Source: Eledone cirrhosa
Taxonomy: Eukaryota
DNA: 64,000 nt
Reading direction: 5' to 3'
NCBI GenBank assembly: GCA_964016885.1
Contig: OZ024741.1
Coordinates: 99,200,001-99,264,000, forward strand
Positions 30,894-44,214 of this stretch are shown in pieces. Position numbers and translations under genes: made by a program. Every line of letters begins with the position of its first letter. Position 1 is the stretch's first letter. Under the pieces are notes generated by a model that was not told where the DNA came from, did not search any database, and saw nothing but the letters and a program-made list of their open reading frames with translations.

Positions 30894-31162
30894 TTCCCTT
30901 GCTTTTATCGAGAATCTCAAATTGTCATACGTGACGTATTCTATTCTATAGCGATTGGGTCTTCGAAATGTTTATTATAAACATACAGAATATTTTCGAA
31001 TATTCTATGTTTGTCTTCACATATATATCGCTATTTCAGAGCATTATATCCAAATTCTAATTTCTGCCGGACCGGCAACCGCTCTTTCAAACCAGTTCCT
31101 GTACACAGCTAAGTATTCTATAAGTCTCTAGCTGTGTCATTCTCGATAAAAGCACTGGATAT

Positions 31163-31205
31163 GTAATCCTGATGATTTCTAATAAGAATGAAACGCGTAG
31201 GTTAC
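31163..31205 (+). ncRNA. Type I hammerhead ribozyme (array copy)
   Basis: Same motif 312 bp downstream of the previous copy. Confidence 0.85.
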
Positions 31206-31362
31206 TTCCCTTGCTTTTATCGAGAATCTCAAATTGTAATACGTGACGTATTCTATTCTATAGCGATTGGGTCTTCGAAATGTTTATTATAAACATACAG
31301 AATATTTTCGAATATTCTATGTTTGTCTTCACATATATATCGCTATTTCAGAGCATTATATC

Positions 31363-31445
<83 letters not shown>

Positions 31446-32189
31446 GAGTTGTGGCCCGATGACTGAGCTAGTCCAGACTGTGTATATATATACATATATA
31501 TATATCTGTGTGTGTGTGTGTGTGTAGATATGAAAACATTTGGGTGGCGGACAAATTACCGTTGAGGAGTTTGTTTAAAGTTCTTTACATTCTGCATTCA
31601 AGTCCGGCGAAAGTCGACATTGCCCTTCACCCTTCTGTGGTCAATAAAGTAAATAAACTCTCCCAAACTAGAATCGGTATAGTCCCACTTTTTCCCACCT
31701 TCCCAGAAATGTTTGTAACAACAATAATAACATGATTCTCTTACCTACTCGCTCGAAAGTACCATACAAATTTCCCTAAAAAATCAACCTGCTGTCTTTA
31801 AAAATGCTTAGAAACACTAAACAAAATAGTCTTGAACACATTTGACAGAATGTTAATGGCAAGATAAACATTTGACTTCTCGATCCTTGTCAATCTAAGG
31901 CTAAATAATTGTTTCTAATTGAAACACAAGGTCAATAATTTTGTGAGAAAGAGGAAGATGATTAAACGATCTTGTACTTAACAGGCACCTTCTTTTATCG
32001 TGCCCCAAGAATTATAAAGCAATGCTGACATCGACAGCATTTGAACTTACACCGTAAAGAACCAGGAAAAATGCCGTCAAACATTTTGATTGACACTGTA
32101 GCAATTCTGCCAAAATATCGCTCTAACTGGAAATGAAATAATGATATTAATAAAAACAACACGAATAACACCAACAACCACAATATTAG

Positions 32190-32462
32190 CAATAATTGTT
32201 TCTACTTTTGGCACAAGGCCGGCAATTATCCTATTGTATTACTGGTACTTTATTTTATTGACCCTGTAAGGATGAAAGGCAAAGTTAACCTCGGTGGGAT
32301 TAGCAATAATTGTTTCTACTTTTGGCACAAGGCCAGCAATTATCCCAGTGCATTACTGGTACTTTATTTTATCGACCCTCGGCGGGATTTGAACTCAGAC
32401 CATAAAGGGCCGTAACTCTATACTACAAAGCATGGCATCCGACCCTCTACCGATACTGCCAA
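32190..32462 (-). mobile_element. Tandem SINE pair
   Basis: Two copies, each preceded by ATTAGCAATAATTG. Confidence 0.85.
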
Positions 32463-33078
32463 CCCACCAATGACAGCAGCAATACACAGTCTCTGAAATA
32501 TTATCAATAGGATGGCATCTACAAATAGAACAGCAACAATACTTATAACAACAGCAGTAACATTGACAACAAGAAAGTAATAGAAGTAAAAAATAACAAA
32601 CTAATATCACTTGTACACTAAATAAACTTATTCAACAAGCTTACACAGAATGACGTTTTGATGATATAATCGCTATATTTGTGGTTGTGTAGATTTTACA
32701 ATAATTCCTTAGAGATGAGAAAAGAAATAAGAAAAGGCCATTCTTTAGAGAGGTTCACTCAAAGTATGTCCAACAGACCATCGGTTGCTAGTGTGTATGA
32801 CGCAACACACGCTGAGTAATCAAACGTAATACTTGTCTCTGTAGAGTATAGGGACACACACATTCAGAGAATATATATATATTCATGCATAAATACATGC
32901 ATACATACAAATATATACAAATATATACAAATATATACAGACACACCCCACACACATAAATATATACATGACTGTATATTATATATACATATATATATAT
33001 ATGCGTATATATATATATATATATATATATATGCATATATATATTATATATATATGTATATATGTATGTGTGTGTATG

Positions 33079-33151
<73 letters not shown>

Positions 33152-33227
33152 ATATATATGTGTATATATATATGTATATATATATATACACATGTATATA
33201 TACATATATATACACATGTATATATAC

Positions 33228-33322
<95 letters not shown>

Positions 33323-33534
33323 CATACATATATATATATATCTATACACATTCATATAACATATATACACATGAATCCATATTCAGTGATGTGCATGGAT
33401 ACGTACGCACACATACAAACTTGCACATAAACGTACGAACTCATGCACACGAATATATATGGGTATGTACATATATGTAAGTATATGTTTGTGTGTGTAC
33501 ATTTAAATATACGTATATATATATATACATAATA

Positions 33535-33627
<93 letters not shown>

Positions 33628-33634
33628 ATATATG

Positions 33635-33676
<42 letters not shown>

Positions 33677-33681
33677 AATAC

Positions 33682-33722
<41 letters not shown>

Positions 33723-33796
33723 TATTTTGTACATTTAAATATACGTATATATATATACATAATATGCATATATATATATATATATATATATGTACG

Positions 33797-33842
<46 letters not shown>

Positions 33843-33843
33843 C

Positions 33844-33974
<131 letters not shown>

Positions 33975-34831
33975 AGTACCCTAAAGCTATTTGGCCGACA
34001 TTAGAAGAAGAGAAATATTTTATGGAGGACGGGGAGTGTGCAGGCCAATGGCAGAAACTAAAGACATTAAAAGATGTAATGAATGAATTCATTTCGGGAA
34101 TAGACTTCATAGACTACTTTTGGTTTTGTTTTTCTTATTTTCTACAGGCAATAAGAATTCCCAAAGATATTGCTTAAGGCATGCATGATGTAACAATATC
34201 TCTGAAATTTCCCTACAGAATACTATTGTTTCTGCAGAAATACACTGTTTCTGCTGACATGACCCTAGTATTTATTTTGGAGATAAAGATTATTGATTTT
34301 TGTTTTAATTTTCTGTACAAAGCCACAAAGTCATTGTATGGACATAGTCAAAATCGGACTGAATAGATATTTCTTAATTACTGGTACTTTAATTTTCTCG
34401 GTCTCTGGAAATATGAAAGAAAATTACCGACCTCGGTTGGATTTGAACTCGATTGAACTAACCTCGATTAATTACTGGTAACTTTATTGTATTTCCAAAT
34501 TGAGGAAATTGTTTGTTAATTCTACCGGAATTTTTAATTTGAAACACAAAGGGAAGTAATTATTTAGTCTAATACAGTCCTTTCGACCATTCAGCATGCG
34601 GTTGTGTGATAGGCGTGAGAGGTCGATTTAATAGCATCACCTAGTCACTCCTTTGGTACCATCAGAAGATTTCATCGTTGTAAACATTTGAATTAAAGCC
34701 ACGCTCTTTTTCGACACAAGTTTTAATCTTTAATCTACATACATCAATCTGCATTTGTTAATGGTGGATATCAGGTGCATCATGTTATTGGATCTATCCC
34801 TCTATACGCACACACACACGTACACACACAC

Positions 34832-34904
<73 letters not shown>

Positions 34905-34939
34905 GAAAGGTATAGAAAAAAAAATATATATATATATAT

Positions 34940-34975
<36 letters not shown>

Positions 34976-35046
34976 ATCAGGAAGGATTCGGTTGACTATT
35001 ATTCAACAGAGTACTCGATACTTGGGGCAGTAGAGTATGGTTATGT

Positions 35047-35167
35047 TATAAAGAGTCAGAACCCCGATGGCTGAGCTCTTGCCGTTTCAATAGTTTGTTC
35101 CAGACTGAGTCTGGAACTAGCTGTTGAAACGGCAAGACCTCAGCCGCCGGGGTCCTGACTTTTTATA
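35047..35167. repeat. ~120-bp near-perfect hairpin in a (TA)n-embedded element
   Basis: AGAGTCAGAACCCCGATGGCTGAGCTCTTGCCGTTTCAA ... TTGAAACGGCAAGACCTCAGCCGCCGGGGTCCTGACTTT. Confidence 0.85.
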
Positions 35168-35191
35168 ATATATATACATACATGTATATAT

Positions 35192-35266
<75 letters not shown>

Positions 35267-35606
35267 ACGAAGGAAGTGTGGTAAGGAACCATGTGGACCA
35301 TAACGCACCAGAGTACTCAATACTTAGAGTAGTAGAGTGGGTAATAGGAAAATGTACAAGATCCCGACGATATTGTTGAACTTGGGGAGGGTCATATTGT
35401 TGTAACAACAAACACATATAAACACACGCTAGTAAACAAAGATAGAATACAAAAACAAAAACACATACACTCAAACGCGAACACACACACCATACATTAT
35501 ACACACACGCAAACGCATGCGCAGAGACGGAAACAAGATGAAATAAATAAATAAAATAAAATAAAAATGGCGTAGACATACAATACAACGGGAGGAAACA
35601 TAATAG

Positions 35607-35650
35607 TACCACTGATGATGTTGCAGATATGCAACGAAAGAACTTTGATA
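35607..35650 (+). ncRNA. Type I hammerhead ribozyme, slightly degenerate
   Basis: TACCA-CTGATGA-T-GTTGCA-GATA-TGCAAC-GAAAG-AA-CTT-TGATA, immediately before a TA run. Confidence 0.65.
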
Positions 35651-35880
35651 GACTATATATATATTTATATCTGTATTTTTAACCGTTGGTCAATCAATGA
35701 TAAACATTGAGGACCAAATAAATTAACTATGGAGATATAAAAGATGCAGAAGCGAAAACCAACCAAACAGTGAGTGTGTCCTGTTATTATTTCTGGCAAT
35801 ACTATTACAACAATATGACCGTCCCCAAGTATAACAATATTTGTTTCGACACACGATTTCATATAAAAAAACCTTGCAAA

Positions 35881-35974
<94 letters not shown>

Positions 35975-36019
35975 AGGAAAAAAGATGAAATCGAAAATGC
36001 AACTGGAGTCTTTTTTTTA

Positions 36020-36760
36020 AATATACATTTATTTGGTTCCTTCACCGGTTTCGCAGTTCTTGTGCTTTTCAAAAGTAGAATTGAGATGGAGGGTTTGTAG
36101 TTTTTCTCGCATAAATATATAGTCATACATACATATATATATATATACATATACGTGAGATAGGTTAATATAAGACAATTTTAAAGAATACATAAATATC
36201 CATAAAATATTGTTCTTAGTTTTCAAATATCAGATATAGATCGCAATTATCGTGGGAAGCCTTCTCTGAATAATTCTGAAAGTATAATGATGTTAGTGCA
36301 ATCAAAATTTATTATATGCCGTTGCTGTTAAGCTCTGCCATACATTTTGATTGTAGATTTGGTTGTGACAGAGTAAATAATTGATTTTTCAAAATATTTA
36401 ACATTGACCGGGGATAAGTTTGATAATTATTGTTGGAGTGTTGTTGTTCTTCGGATTATGGTAATTCAAATTATTCATTATTTTTATTGTTAATGGTTGA
36501 TAAGCTATTAGCAATTTTTAATGTTGAATAGTTGAATTAAGTGAATTTGCGCTTATGATGTTTCTATATTTATGTTCAATGGTGAAATGTAATCTTTCAA
36601 GATGAATGGATAGTTTTCCTGTCGGTGAACTAACATTAATGCGTGAATATTGTTATATATATTTATATATAAGGTTGAACAATTGCAACAATTAAGATGT
36701 GGTTTAGGGCTTACTTAATCTGTAGTTTTACGATCGTTTCAAAGGGCAAAATGAATCAGG
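36020..36760 (-). pseudogene. Highly decayed Penelope-like 3' region (GIY-YIG remnant + degenerate hammerhead)
   Basis: Minus-strand peptides PVNVKYFEKSIIY and NCDLYL resemble PLE endonuclease motifs; GCA..TGC-GAAAC-CG-GT then AATAAA near 36030-36075. Confidence 0.35.
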
Positions 36761-37129
36761 ATATTATCGATATACTAACTAATCGATACCAGTTATGCAA
36801 TTCCATAATATTAGTCTCGACAAAATACATCCATACTGCCGTTTCTCCGCAGAAACAATATATATATATATGTGTGTGTGTGCGCGCGTGTGTGCGTGTG
36901 TGTGTTTGTATAAGTATATGTGTATATATATGTGTGTGTTTATTCATATATATATATATACATAAGTCTCTATATATTCGTATATAAGCGAATTTCTATT
37001 ATTAGACTGGGTGGGTTTATAATATCTAAGGCTTTCTTTAAAACCTCAGCTGAGTGGAGCATTATTATATAGGTTTACTACTCTAGTTAATGGGATTTCA
37101 TCACAAAATATTATCAAAATTTTACCTAA

Positions 37130-38200
37130 AGTGATAGCTCAGTATCTATAAGAAACGCCAGTGAGCATTTGAATATGCGATCTCATAAAATATTCCAGAG
37201 GATTTGTCACTGGATAGTCCACTTATCGCTTTCTTGAACTCCTACTCAGTAAGAAAGTTAACGTGATGTTGATCCCAGCTTTGGAAAGCGGGCTATTGCT
37301 GCCTGTTTTTTTTTTGGCGGGGGGGGGGGGCTCGTTATCAAATAATTAGGAAGGTAACTCACGGCCATTTGTTTTCATGATCGCTTGGACTAGTGAGAGA
37401 AAGTTAACCACAAACTGGAAACTTGATCTCAATACTTGCAACAACGTGAACTCCACAAAGAACAGTTAAAGACTATGTGACGATGTTGAAACAGGTAACA
37501 GGTTAAGTCTTCCTTCTATTGTGAGCAGAGAGAAGTTTCACGACGTTGTAAAAACGCTCTGACGAACTTTCAAAGATTATTTTGTTATCTATCAACAGCA
37601 GAGATGAGCCCAAGATGTCATGGATGCGTCTTAAATCGTTGTTACCTGCATACGACATAATCCCATCAGTTTATTTACAGTGACATGAGTCCTGTGGCTG
37701 CCGAAGCTTTCAATTTATAGTGAAGGCCCCAACAAATACTTACATCCTAACTTGGGACAAACTATTATTCTGGTGAGCTGTATGAAGTGGCTACTTTCTG
37801 GTCTAGGGAGCTGTGTGTCTCTATTGTATTGTAGGATGAGACATATCAATAGTCCATCGATCCCTACAAAAAGAAAAGAAATTGACGAGGTAGCAACGCT
37901 CAGCGAGGCATGTCTCTGTTGTCCTTCTCGGGGATATCAAGACGCGTCCAAGATACACCTTTCCAGGGAGTTAAATTCAACAATGCAATGAAACATTTAT
38001 CAATTTGATGACGCTGCTTCCGATGTCAGCCACAAATTATTTCAGGCGGTGCTCCCCACATACATGATTGGTGGGCTCGGCTATTGACATTTTAGTGTCT
38101 TAGACATAGGCTTCATTTAACTGTGTTTAATCACCTTCGTCTAAAAATATACACTCTAATCATATTTTTAATGAAACTTGCCTCAAACAAAAGCCAAGCA
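37130..38200 (-). pseudogene. Decayed non-LTR retrotransposon ORF2 (APE/RT N-terminal part)
   Basis: Minus-strand fragment FLTE*EFKKAISGLSSDKSSG resembles the pre-RT 'F...EV.K.I..L...KS.G' motif; many stops. Confidence 0.4.
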
Positions 38201-38397
38201 CCTCCCACTATTCTATTCACATATATATGTGTATGTGTGTGTGTATTATCTATCTGATATATATATGATATATATAGAAACTGTATAATATGGGCATGAT
38301 ATATATATGGTATATATATATATGGTATATATATAAAATGTATTATATATAAAATGTATTATATATATATGTATATATATATATGCATATATATATA

Positions 38398-38496
<99 letters not shown>

Positions 38497-39585
38497 GCAT
38501 ATATATATAGTATATATATAAAGTGTATTATATGTGTATGTGTGTTAATGCATGTACACATGTTCATTGGATTTCGTGCACCAGTGCTTTGAATCTATGC
38601 ATACGTACACGTCATTGTTTGATACACAGTTAAGAAATCTGTCCATGCATCAATCAGTATGCATGAGTAACTGTTATCGAGCATAGGATTTAGAAAGTAT
38701 AAAATGTAGCTAATTAAGCGTACTGGGGCATTGTGTAATTTTAATTCAAGTTGACGACTTGTAATAATGAACTATTCGGTTCTCAATTAATAATAATTAC
38801 CTGAAATGTTAAGGGGGTTTAAGGAAAACTTAGCTGAAGTCACATTTCTACTTCGGGGCTCCAACCCAGCTTTTAGTTTCACCCTTAGCTGTTGTCAAAC
38901 AATGAGACCTATCTAGGCATAAACCCGAATTCCTTGTGTATGTATGTATTAATGTTTGTGTGTGTTTGTGTCTGCGTGAGTGCATGTGTTTTGAGTATTT
39001 GTGTACAGTTAACGATGCTTGAAATGAAATGATTACCCCGTCGGTCATCAGGCAATTTAAAGAAATCATTTGTAATCCCATCATCTGAATAGTGTGTGGG
39101 TGTTTACAATTGACCAGAGGTTACAATCTGAAGCATGGAAATGGCCTAGTATCCTTCCACCCCATGTTTAGAGGAAGTCAGCAAATGTTAATGCTGCCCT
39201 TTACTATTAACCAATGAAAATCCAGCATCTGTCTAAATGATTAAAAATAAGATTGCCACATAATTTTTCTATTGTTGATACTTGAGGCAAATAGAGGAAA
39301 ATATACTTTTTTCTTCAAATTGAATATTTCATAGGCTTGCCTGGAATGTCTTCGTGTCGTTTACTGTAGAGGTCTAGCACTTCTTTCTAACAATGTCTTT
39401 TTTATATACTTAGCGTTAAATGATATACTCAATATTAAACCCCAGACTGCATTAGCTCAAGTTGCTAGAGATGGTTCGGAAGAGAATTAATATAGCGTAT
39501 TAGCCACGAACATAAAATAAGTGAATTCAAGGATCCAATCATTGGTGACTCATTAATGTGTTAATAATAATAATGATATTAATAA

Positions 39586-39853
39586 TAATGTTATTACTTT
39601 TGGCACAAGGCCAGCAATTACCTCAGTGTATTACTGGTGGTTTATCTTATCGACCTCGTAAGGATGAAAGGCAAAGCAAACCTCAGCGGGATTTGAAGTT
39701 AGCTTTGCCTAATGTATTAATAATAATAATAATAATAATAATTGTTTCTACTTTAGGCACAAGGCCAGCAATTAACCAGTACATTACTGGTACTTTATTT
39801 TATCGACCCCGTAAGGATGAAAGGCAAAGTCAACCTCGGCGGGATTTGAACTC
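39586..39853 (-). mobile_element. Two 5'-truncated SINEs in (AAT)n
   Basis: Family 3' halves separated by (AAT)n and directly abutting a Tx1 LINE tail. Confidence 0.85.
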
Positions 39854-39873
39854 ATTATAATAATAATAATAAT

Positions 39874-41675
39874 GATTTCATTTATTAGCCACAAGGGCCG
39901 ACATATAGGGGACAATACAAAAGACTGGGACAGTGGGGTTTTACAGAAAAATCGAGTAAATAATATGAATCACAATAACAAAGTAACAAGAAAATTACAA
40001 GAAAAAATTCCCCAATAGGGGGGATGACCACCCAGGGTTTGCTCAGGTAACACACCAATCCTGAACGACCCGACGCTTCGAGAGCACGCTGGAAGCACCC
40101 CCTCTCCTCCTCAAATTTAACTACCTACAGCCGCATGACCAGAGTAGGCCCACTCACACGGGTCAGTCTCGCCACATTCACCCACCTTTCAGCAAATGTA
40201 CTGGGGGGGGGGGTAAGCACTTCTCTCTCCACCCTCACCTTCCTTTCCAAGTGAAACTTGAAAAAGTTGAAGATTGGCCGAAGAGAAAAGTGTCTGTCTT
40301 CAGTCCTTTCAACCTCGTCCACCATACAACCTCTTTCGCTACTGCCACCAGACAGAGGAAAATTGCCTGCCCTTCCTCGCCAAAAGAAGGCGGCGGGTTG
40401 ATCTTTACTATGGACTCGGCCGATAGCCGGATCCGTTCTACACGCGACAACAGCTGTTCAACATAACTCCACAAGTCAGTAATGCAGGGACACTGGACGA
40501 GTGCGTGCAGAACGGTTTCGTCGCTCTGCGCGCATCTCGGGCAGGTCCGTCTGACAGCACTTCTGTGCCTGTAGAGTTTATCTCGAACCGGCAGATCCCC
40601 CCCCCCCGGTAGCACTGCCAAGCGAGGTATTTCTGGAAATTGTCCATCGTCCCCGGCTCGAAAGTCCTCTGGTAGAGACTGGTCAGTTCGACTTCGTCGA
40701 GGCCCAAAGCTTCTCCGAGTGCGTCATCGCACTTGCCCACCACTAATCCTCTATAAAACTCGATAGTGAAAGTTCCACTGATCTCATTGCCCGCTTTGTA
40801 TAGGGCAGTGAGTGCATGGCAATATTCCAGGTGCTTGTCACCCAGTCTCGGTTTCTTCTTGACCCAGGACTGCAGATCAGTCAAAGAAACGAGCTGCGGA
40901 AAGGCCCGTCTGATAAACGGCGACCACACCTGTTCACCGTTTAGGCAGAATATCTGGAGATGTCGCAGCCTCAACGCATGTCTGCGCATCATTAGCCACG
41001 GCATGCCCAGCCCTCCGCGTAGAGGGTGCTGGCAGTAGATGGACCGCCTCACCAACGGAACTTGTCCCCTCCACAAGAATTTGAAGAGGAGCCGTTCCAA
41101 CTTGACGAGGTGCGGACGAGGGCAAGGCACGACGGTCAGGCGGTAGTAGATGACGGACGCGATGTACGCATTCGCCACCTCCGCGCGACCTTTCAGAGAT
41201 AGCTTCCTCCCAGCCCATTTTTGGGTGAGACTGGCTACTCTACTCGTTACCTGGTCCCAATTCTTTTCCACCTGGAGGTCTGGTCCGAACCAAACCCCGA
41301 GCAACTTTACCGGTCCGTCCGTCCAGCGCCCCACGACGATGTTGGACGGCATAGGCTTGCCTCTCCAGGTTCCGAACTGCAAGCCACCGACTTTTCCTGA
41401 TTAAGTTTGGCTTCTGTCAACCTTTCATATTCTTTCAATAAGGTGCCGACTACCTCGATTTCTGAGGTGTCCGACACCATCACGGTGATGTCGTCCACAT
41501 AAGCCGACACCGCCTTTCCACGTCTCGGTTTGAGCGGGATGCCCTGCAACAGCTCCAGCTTCCGCAATAAAGGCTCGAGAGTCAATACGTACAGAAGGGA
41601 AGAGAGAGGGCACCCTTGACGGACCGATCGGGAGAGCCGAAATGATTCCGAGAGGTGGCCATTAACCTTGACCAT
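39874..41675 (-). mobile_element. Tx1-clade (L1 group) LINE, 5'-truncated, frameshifted ORF2
   Basis: SVRQGCPLS, AYVDDIT, VKLLGVWF, LSLKGR, GGLG, C-terminal CPRC..ETVLHALVQCP zinc finger; 3' end CCCTTGTGGCTAATAAA into (ATT)n. Confidence 0.9.
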
Positions 41676-41687
41676 AATAATAATAAT

Positions 41688-43932
41688 GGTTTCTTTATTG
41701 GCCACAAGGGCTGACACGAAGAAAAACATTAGAGACGGCACAGAACAGTACAGGACGATACAAATTGGGTTTTAGTCGTGTAAACAGGTTATAACAAAAT
41801 CGGGCTATAAATCCAAAAAAATTCAAACAACAAAAATTCCCCAAGAAGGGGGAACCTCCGAGGGTCACTCGTGTTGAAAACCTCACAAAAGACCACGGCC
41901 ACCATGACCACCAGGGCAGGCGCCCTCTCTCACTTTTCCCACTCCTCAGTCTACAGGCGCATACTCAGAGCGGGCCCGTTCACTCGGACCAAACTCGCCA
42001 CTTTCACCCACCTTTCAACAAACTTACTAGAAGACAGCACTTGCCTCTCCATCCTGATTTTCCTCTTCAAGTGAAACTTGAAAAAGTTAATCAGGGATTG
42101 GCCGGAGAGGAAAGTGTTCGTCTTCAACCCTTTCAACCTTGTCCACCACACAATCTCTTTCGCTATGGCCACCAGGCAGATGAAAACTGCCTGCCCTTCC
42201 TCCTCTTTAAAGGAAGAGGGCAGAGCTATCTGCACAATGAACTCAGTCGATAACCGGATCCGTCCTACACGCGACAGCAGCTGTTCGACATAGCTCCACA
42301 AGTCAGCAATCCTCGGGAACTGAACGAGTGCGTGCAGGACGGTTTCGTCGCCCTGCGCGCATCTCGGACAGGCTCGGCTGACAGCACCTCCGTGCCTGTA
42401 GAGCTTATCCCGAACCAGCAACGCTCAACAGTAGCACTGCCAGACCAGGGATTTCTGGAATTTGTCCATAGGCCCCGGTCTGAAAATTCTCTTAAAGAGA
42501 GCGAACAGCTGATCGTCTTCGACGCCCACGGTCTCCCCGAGAACGTCGTCGCTCTTTCCCTCCACTAGCCCTCTATAGAACGCCGAGGTTGATGTTCCAC
42601 CGATACTAGTGCCCAGCGGATAGAGGGCGGTGAGCGCTTGGAGACATTCCAGCTTCCAAGCGCTGTCCCTCGGTCTTTTCCTGATCCAGGACTGCAGCTG
42701 CGTCAAGGAGACGAGCTGTGGGAAAGCGCGTCTGGCAAACGGCGACCACGCCTGTTCACCGTCAAGGAAGCACCAGAGATGTCGCAGCCTCAGCGCATGT
42801 TTGCGCATCATCAGCCACGGCATGCCTAGTCCTCCACGCAACGGGTGACCATGGGAGCACGTCCGTTCCACAAAAAGCAGAAGAGAAGGCGCTCCGTTTT
42901 GGTCAGAGTTGGGTGGGGGCAAGGTACGACGGTCAGGCGGTAGCAGATTGCGGACGCTATGTACGCATTCGCCAACTCTGCCCGACCTTTCAGAGACAGT
43001 CTCCTCTCGGCCCATTTCTGGGTGAGAGAGGCCACCCTGCTCGTCACCTCGCTCCAGTTTTTCTTCATCTGGAGGTCCGGACCGAACCAGACCCCGAGCA
43101 ATTTAACCGGTCCTCCATCCAGCGCCCCACGACGCTGTCGGACGGCATGGACTTGCCTCTCCAGGTGCCGAGCTGCAAGCCCACCGACTTTTCCTGGTTT
43201 ATCTTTGCTCCTGTCACCGCTTCGTATTCCTTGAGAGCGGTGCAGAGCATCTGGACGTGTTTGGTGCTCGACACCACCACGGTGACGTCGTCGGCGTAAG
43301 CTGACACGGATCTCCGGCATCCCAGTTCGCGTGGGACCCCCGTCAACGTCTCCAATTTGTGCAGTAACGGCTCGAGGGCCAGTACGTACAAGAGGGACGA
43401 GAGGGGGAAACCCTGTCGTACCGAGCGCATGATGCTGAAAGGCTGCGACAGGTGACCATTCACCATCAAATCAAACAGATGTCGCTGTGCATCGCAGCGA
43501 TCCAGTCCCTAAAAACGAGCCCGAAGCCGGCCGCCTCGAGGATCACAGCCAGGTACCGATGGTCGACCCTATCAAATTCTTTAGATTGATCCAAGTTGAG
43601 CAGGGCCCCACCCGTGCCAGGTTTCTTAACCACCCTCTCTATGATGTATCGCATGAGATAGAGGTTGTCGTGGATGGATCTGTCCGGAATGGCGCATGTC
43701 TGCGCCTCTCCCAACAGATCACCGAAGACAAGCGCCAATCTCTTTGCCAACACCTTGGCCAAAATCTTAAACTCTGCGTTTAGCAGAGTTATGGGCCTGA
43801 AGTTGTCTATAACGTCCCCCTTGTTCGAATCTTTTCTCAGCAGTGCCACCGCTCCCCAGCTCACAAAACTGGGAATGCTCCCGTTCTGCTGCCAGTTGCA
43901 GTAGACATCTGCCAAGAGGTCGCCGAACAAAA
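41688..43932 (-). mobile_element. Tx1-clade LINE, 5'-truncated, frameshifted ORF2
   Basis: NFRPITLLN, LNLDQSKEFDRVDH, SVRQGFPLS, AYADDV, CPRC..H finger; 3' end CCCTTGTGGCCAATAAAGAAACC + (ATT)n. Confidence 0.9.
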
Positions 43933-44214
43933 GTACGCCACAGTAGACTCTTTGAAAACCCTAAAGAGTGAGGAGATAGTCTTTGTGCCCTCCTACTGCG
44001 GGCAGAAAATTGTGACGGTGAAAGGGACTCAGGAGATAAATAAATGCCATTGTTAATTGATAAATAAATTAACTAATACCTAAACACTTCACACAAAGTA
44101 AAATATTTTATTTTAAACATTTTCTGACCCAGAAAAAAGAGAAAAAAATAAAAAGGAAAAAAAAAATATTTTTCTTCCTAATAATCATCTTGTTCTCCCT
44201 ATTTTCATACAAAA

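Larger units (their letters stand above)
29890..31365. mobile_element. Retrozyme-like 312-bp hammerhead tandem array with central inversion
   Basis: Period 312 bp (GAAGACAAAC at 29891, 30203, 30515); orientation flips at ~30661; flanked by (TA)n on both sides; one hammerhead per monomer; no ORF. Confidence 0.88.
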
